IMG/VR virus record: IMGVR_UViG_2778261180_000002
Location: 1 to 42,016 of that record
Strand: one strand, 5' to 3'
Origin: a virus
Taxonomy: Duplodnaviria > Heunggongvirae > Uroviricota > Caudoviricetes
Length of the DNA: 42,016 nucleotides
Shown here: piece after piece, positions 39,141 through 42,016 of the stretch
How the letters are laid out: each line of letters opens with the position of its first letter
Position numbering within the stretch: the stretch's first letter is position 1
Program-made: the position numbers and the translations under genes
Notes under the pieces: generated by a model
Database searches by the model: none
Told to the model about the DNA's origin: nothing
The model's input: the letters and a program-made list of their open reading frames with translations, nothing else

Positions 39141-39714
39141 CATCCGGCGCGGTGCTGGTATCTGTTGCCGCCACCGCGTCAATGTAATCCAGCACAGCGT
39201 TAAGTCTGGTTGTTTCTGCCTGTGTCAGTTTACGTCCGGCCTGCAATTTCAGTTGAATCAGACTGATGGAAGCCATTGCAGCATCAATCAGTGACTGGCG
39301 CTGTGCTTCTGCTGCTTCTACTGCGGCGTTATGCTGTGCCTCAGTATCTGTCACCCATTTTTCACCATCCCATTTATCGTATGGCGTTAACGGGGCGATA
39401 GTGGTTGTATTTTCAGGGTAATCACCCGGAGCTGTGATTTCTTTTGATTCTCCCGTTTCGGTGTTATAGACAACTTCACCGCGATGGTCTGGCACATATT
39501 CCCATGAGTTAAAATCTACAGATCGGCAGATTGCATAACCAGCTTTGTATGTGCCAGGGGCATCTAAACAGGAATATGCAGGGATACCGACACCAACGGC
39601 AAGATATTCAGTTGATGTGGAAATATATTCCCGTGTTTCGCCATCATAGTTATAGACGGTAATATTCCCCGCCTTTGTAGCAATAAACTCGCTATTTAAT
39701 ACAGCGTTATCCAT
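39112..39714 (-). CDS. alternative tail fibre assembly protein, inverted orientation
   Basis: 200 aa on minus strand. C-terminal motif (LNAVLDYIDAVAATDTSTAPDVIWPELP) parallels the plus-strand Tfa (LWLDYLDALELVDTSSAPDIEWPTPP). Confidence 0.7.
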   Translation of the reverse strand: MDNAVLNSEFIATKAGNITVYNYDGETREYISTSTEYLAVGVGIPAYSCLDAPGTYKAGYAICRSVDFNSWEYVPDHRGEVVYNTETGESKEITAPGDYPENTTTIAPLTPYDKWDGEKWVTDTEAQHNAAVEAAEAQRQSLIDAAMASISLIQLKLQAGRKLTQAETTRLNAVLDYIDAVAATDTSTAPDVIWPELPEA

Positions 39715-40256
39715 TATGCAGCCCTCACGATATAGTTAAATGCAATATTCCGTGGACGGGTTTCATTTATCCCATATGCTGTTGTTCTCTGATTCCCGAC
39801 AAAATATCCATTTGGATTAGAAGATACAGAATAATCATCAAAATCAAGTGGGCTATCAGCACCCGGCGTCAGGCTTGCAATATATCCTCTTCCCATAACT
39901 TCTGATGCTGGTATTTCTTTTGTACGATAATCACTAACTCTGAAGAGCTGCCCTTGGTGGGTGTGTGATTCCACTCCTCCATTCTGAAGACTTAGCAAGG
40001 CACGTACAGCATCAATACCACGCCCGTCATCCCAGCCACGAATAAACTCACCACGTAAATCAGGCAATTTATTTGTCGGATAAGCCTTTGCCAGTTCCGG
40101 GTATTCTTCAGCAGAAAAAGCGGCACCATTGCATTTCAGCCAGCCTGTTGGCGGAGTGGCTGAAGGCCACGGAACAGGCACCCCAACCGGTAATGCAGAG
40201 CCTTCTCCCAAACCAACGTTTAAGAAAATGCAGAGATTACGGCTAACTGGCATCAT
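39714..40256 (-). CDS. alternative tail-fibre variable C-terminal cassette (silent in this orientation)
   Basis: Minus-strand ORF whose N-terminal part ([13 protein letters not shown]) matches the crossover peptide of the plus-strand fibre (NLGLGEAAK). It would fuse in frame to the constant region after inversion. Confidence 0.65.
   Translation of the reverse strand: MMPVSRNLCIFLNVGLGEGSALPVGVPVPWPSATPPTGWLKCNGAAFSAEEYPELAKAYPTNKLPDLRGEFIRGWDDGRGIDAVRALLSLQNGGVESHTHQGQLFRVSDYRTKEIPASEVMGRGYIASLTPGADSPLDFDDYSVSSNPNGYFVGNQRTTAYGINETRPRNIAFNYIVRAA
40203..40228. other. right inversion crossover site (hix/gix-like)
   Basis: Reverse complement reads TTTTCTTAAACG-TT-GGTTTGGGAGAA, sharing the 15-bp core with the left site in inverted orientation. 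Confidence 0.7.
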
Positions 40257-40283
40257 CCCCGGTTTTTATTCAGGGGATCCATC

Positions 40284-40547
40284 ATGCTTATTGGCTATGT
40301 CCGCGTATCAACAAATGACCAGAATACAGAATTGCAGCGTAACGCGCTGGAGTGCGCAGGATGTGAACTGATTTTTGAAGATAAAATCAGCGGAACGAAA
40401 TCAGCCAGACCGGGATTGAAAAAAACTGCTCAGAACGCTATCAGAAGGAGATACGCTGGTTGTCTGGAAGCTGGACAGACTGGGGCGCAGTGTGCGGCAT
40501 CTTGTCGTGCTGGTGGAGGAGTTGCGCGAACGAGGTGTTAATTTTAG
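40284..40547 (+). pseudogene. pin: Pin/Gin/Hin-family serine DNA invertase, frameshifted and 3'-truncated
   Basis: N-terminus [22 protein letters not shown]...[20 protein letters not shown] matches Pin-type invertases as recalled. An A7 run at 40419-40425 shifts the frame; the shifted frame continues [40 protein letters not shown]. Similarity ends near 40547 where AT-rich DNA begins; about 60 percent of the gene is missing. Confidence 0.75.
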
Positions 40548-40603
40548 TAGTTATGTTATTACAGGTGGGGGATTTCTCCCCCTTATGCAGCTTTTCTCGT
40601 TAA

Positions 40604-41449
40604 CTATTGGCGAAGTGGCCATATTTTTCTGTTTTTTAAAAAACTATCTTCAACTATATAACTGCAACAATGTTCACTAAGGCCATAAAAACTAATTATT
40701 CCATATTTATGAGAAGCTATATCAGACAGTTCTGCTAATACTGTGGCAAGCCAACGAGCGATGCTAAGAGAATAGAATCTTCCCCACTTTTGAACAATGG
40801 TATTTTGTCCAGTACGGATGGAGGCTGATATAAGGTCTTGCATAATGTTGGTACTTTCATTCATATACATGACCGTTGTATACGGTGAAAGAGTGGCATT
40901 GATAAACCTAGCATTTTCTTCAACACGTCTTTGTTCAACTGTATAATAATAATGTTTTTCAAGGATACTCTCGGCTACTTCTCCCCACCATTTATTAATA
41001 GGTTCATTATTGGTTAAATTGGGGCTGCTTAATGAGGAGAAATTTGCGTAACGTCCCCGTCGGGCATCAGCAAAGGAATCTAAACATTCAAGTATTTTGT
41101 AGGTAATTTTATGTGTAGGACGTGAATATCTCAGAGATAGTTGCATTTTTTTAGAAATACTATCAACCTCGTTGGTTAATTCAATGAGCTTGTGTCCAAA
41201 TTTTCTTACAATATTCTCGTCAGGCATTTTTCCTTTGTGTTCAATGGCATAGTGTGCAACAAGTATTAGTTTAGCAAGTCTCTCAAAACCTACAGAAAGC
41301 CCAAAAAATGCTGTGTAATATTCACCTATTTTGTCTGCATAATTGGCTTTACCTATGGCTGTTGCCCCAGAACCAATGAGCTGTGTTACTAAAGATGCTT
41401 CTCGGCCCAGAGCGTGCCATGCTGGAATATCCCAGGGATTTTTATTCAC
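40604..41449 (-). CDS. hypothetical protein in AT-rich right-end cargo (candidate defence gene)
   Basis: 281-aa ORF from GTG 41449 with AAGGA-like site upstream. AT-rich. No recognised domain; possible Rx5H segment (RYSRPTH) but unverified. Confidence 0.55.
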   Translation of the reverse strand: MNKNPWDIPAWHALGREASLVTQLIGSGATAIGKANYADKIGEYYTAFFGLSVGFERLAKLILVAHYAIEHKGKMPDENIVRKFGHKLIELTNEVDSISKKMQLSLRYSRPTHKITYKILECLDSFADARRGRYANFSSLSSPNLTNNEPINKWWGEVAESILEKHYYYTVEQRRVEENARFINATLSPYTTVMYMNESTNIMQDLISASIRTGQNTIVQKWGRFYSLSIARWLATVLAELSDIASHKYGIISFYGLSEHCCSYIVEDSFLKNRKIWPLRQ

Positions 41450-41576
41450 TTTATTATTTTCCTTTGCTCATAAATTTAAATTGTTTGAGTATCTCATAAA
41501 ATATAAGGAGGTGGTTAAGGTTGTTGATCGCATATAATAGCTATTGAAAGTCAAGAACTCGGTTTTATGTTCTACC

Positions 41577-41617
41577 ACTAATTAATATATTGTGAGTCTG
41601 ACAATATATTAATTAGT
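41577..41617. repeat. perfect 17-bp inverted repeat with 7-bp spacer
   Basis: ACTAATTAATATATTGT-GAGTCTG-ACAATATATTAATTAGT, in the 300-bp gap between two minus-strand ORFs. Operator-like. Confidence 0.7.
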
Positions 41618-41749
41618 ATGATCAAACCAGCCATCAACTGATTCCTTGTATCTTTCAGAGTCTCCAGAACAAAAGCCTTAACGAATTCCTTATTTGTGAG
41701 TGCCTTACAAAAAGCCATTGTTGCAGGGAACGAGTATAAAACTCGCCAG

Positions 41750-42016
41750 CTACTGGAGCAGGCTACCTGATTGTCGATCGATTCCTGCGTCCATATAGTC
41801 GATGGTCTTCTGGAGCTCTTCGATTAGGGCAACAGCTTTTGCTCGAGAAATACATATTAGTTGATCCGGAAATTCTTGTAAGGGCCAGTTTGGTATACAG
41901 GCCATGTTATCAGTGAAGGATGCAGACAAGTAAACTTCATTGGTAACCAGAGAATAGCTTACCTCAAAATTGGTGAGTTCCGGCAAACTGCTAACGTTTG
42001 ACTCTTTTCTGCGCAT
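41750..42016 (-). CDS. hypothetical protein; start coincides with window edge so may be truncated
   Basis: 88-aa minus-strand ORF whose ATG is the last three bases of the window; could extend upstream beyond the window. Confidence 0.35.
   Translation of the reverse strand: MRRKESNVSSLPELTNFEVSYSLVTNEVYLSASFTDNMACIPNWPLQEFPDQLICISRAKAVALIEELQKTIDYMDAGIDRQSGSLLQ

Larger units (their letters stand above)
476..40547. mobile_element. temperate prophage (lambdoid regulation and lysis, contractile tail, invertible tail fibre); right boundary unresolved
   Basis: Contiguous integrase, immunity, replication, antitermination, lysis, packaging, head, tail and invertase modules in canonical order. Left edge next to host yfhL. 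Right side runs into an AT-rich insertion that truncates the invertase. Confidence 0.8.

Noticed and set aside
38181-40283. Direct repeats CCCGGTTTT (about 38195 and 40259) as possible inversion sites
   Set aside because: They are in direct orientation and do not flank the alternative cassettes correctly. The true sites are the inverted hix-like repeats at 38291-38316 and 40203-40228.
40604-41449. McrA-like HNH restriction endonuclease, by analogy with the e14 pin-mcrA arrangement
   Set aside because: The 281-aa protein has no HNH or Cys4 zinc motif and does not resemble McrA as I recall it. Only the positional analogy holds.

Overview
The window is almost entirely one temperate prophage (about 40 kb) lying next to the host ferredoxin gene yfhL. 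It combines lambdoid regulation and lysis with a contractile Mu-like tail. Left to right: yfhL (minus); integrase; a leftward early operon (Xis-like, SNF2 helicase, VRR-NUC, DUF4406-like, family A DNA polymerase, ssDNA-binding-like, Cas4-like nuclease); CI/Cro switch; prim-pol/VirE primase followed by an iteron plus AT-tract array; Q-type antiterminator; holin-endolysin-Rz/Rz1 lysis cassette; terminase, portal and head genes; sheath, tube, chaperone (with a -1 frameshift signature) and tape measure; baseplate genes; and a Gin/Pin-type invertible tail-fibre segment whose invertase is frameshifted and 3'-truncated. Four visibly AT-rich cargo insertions interrupt this backbone and are the best candidates for an undescribed system: (1) a solo 500-aa SIR2-like gene with its own terminator inside the early operon; (2) a translationally coupled two-gene module (250-aa unknown protein plus HEPN-like protein) with its own terminator between baseplate genes; (3) an AT-rich block that replaces the 3' part of the invertase and encodes a 281-aa unknown protein; (4) a small antisense ORF inside the early operon. 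All functional calls come from reading motifs by eye and from recalled family knowledge; no database search was run and GC contrasts are estimates.
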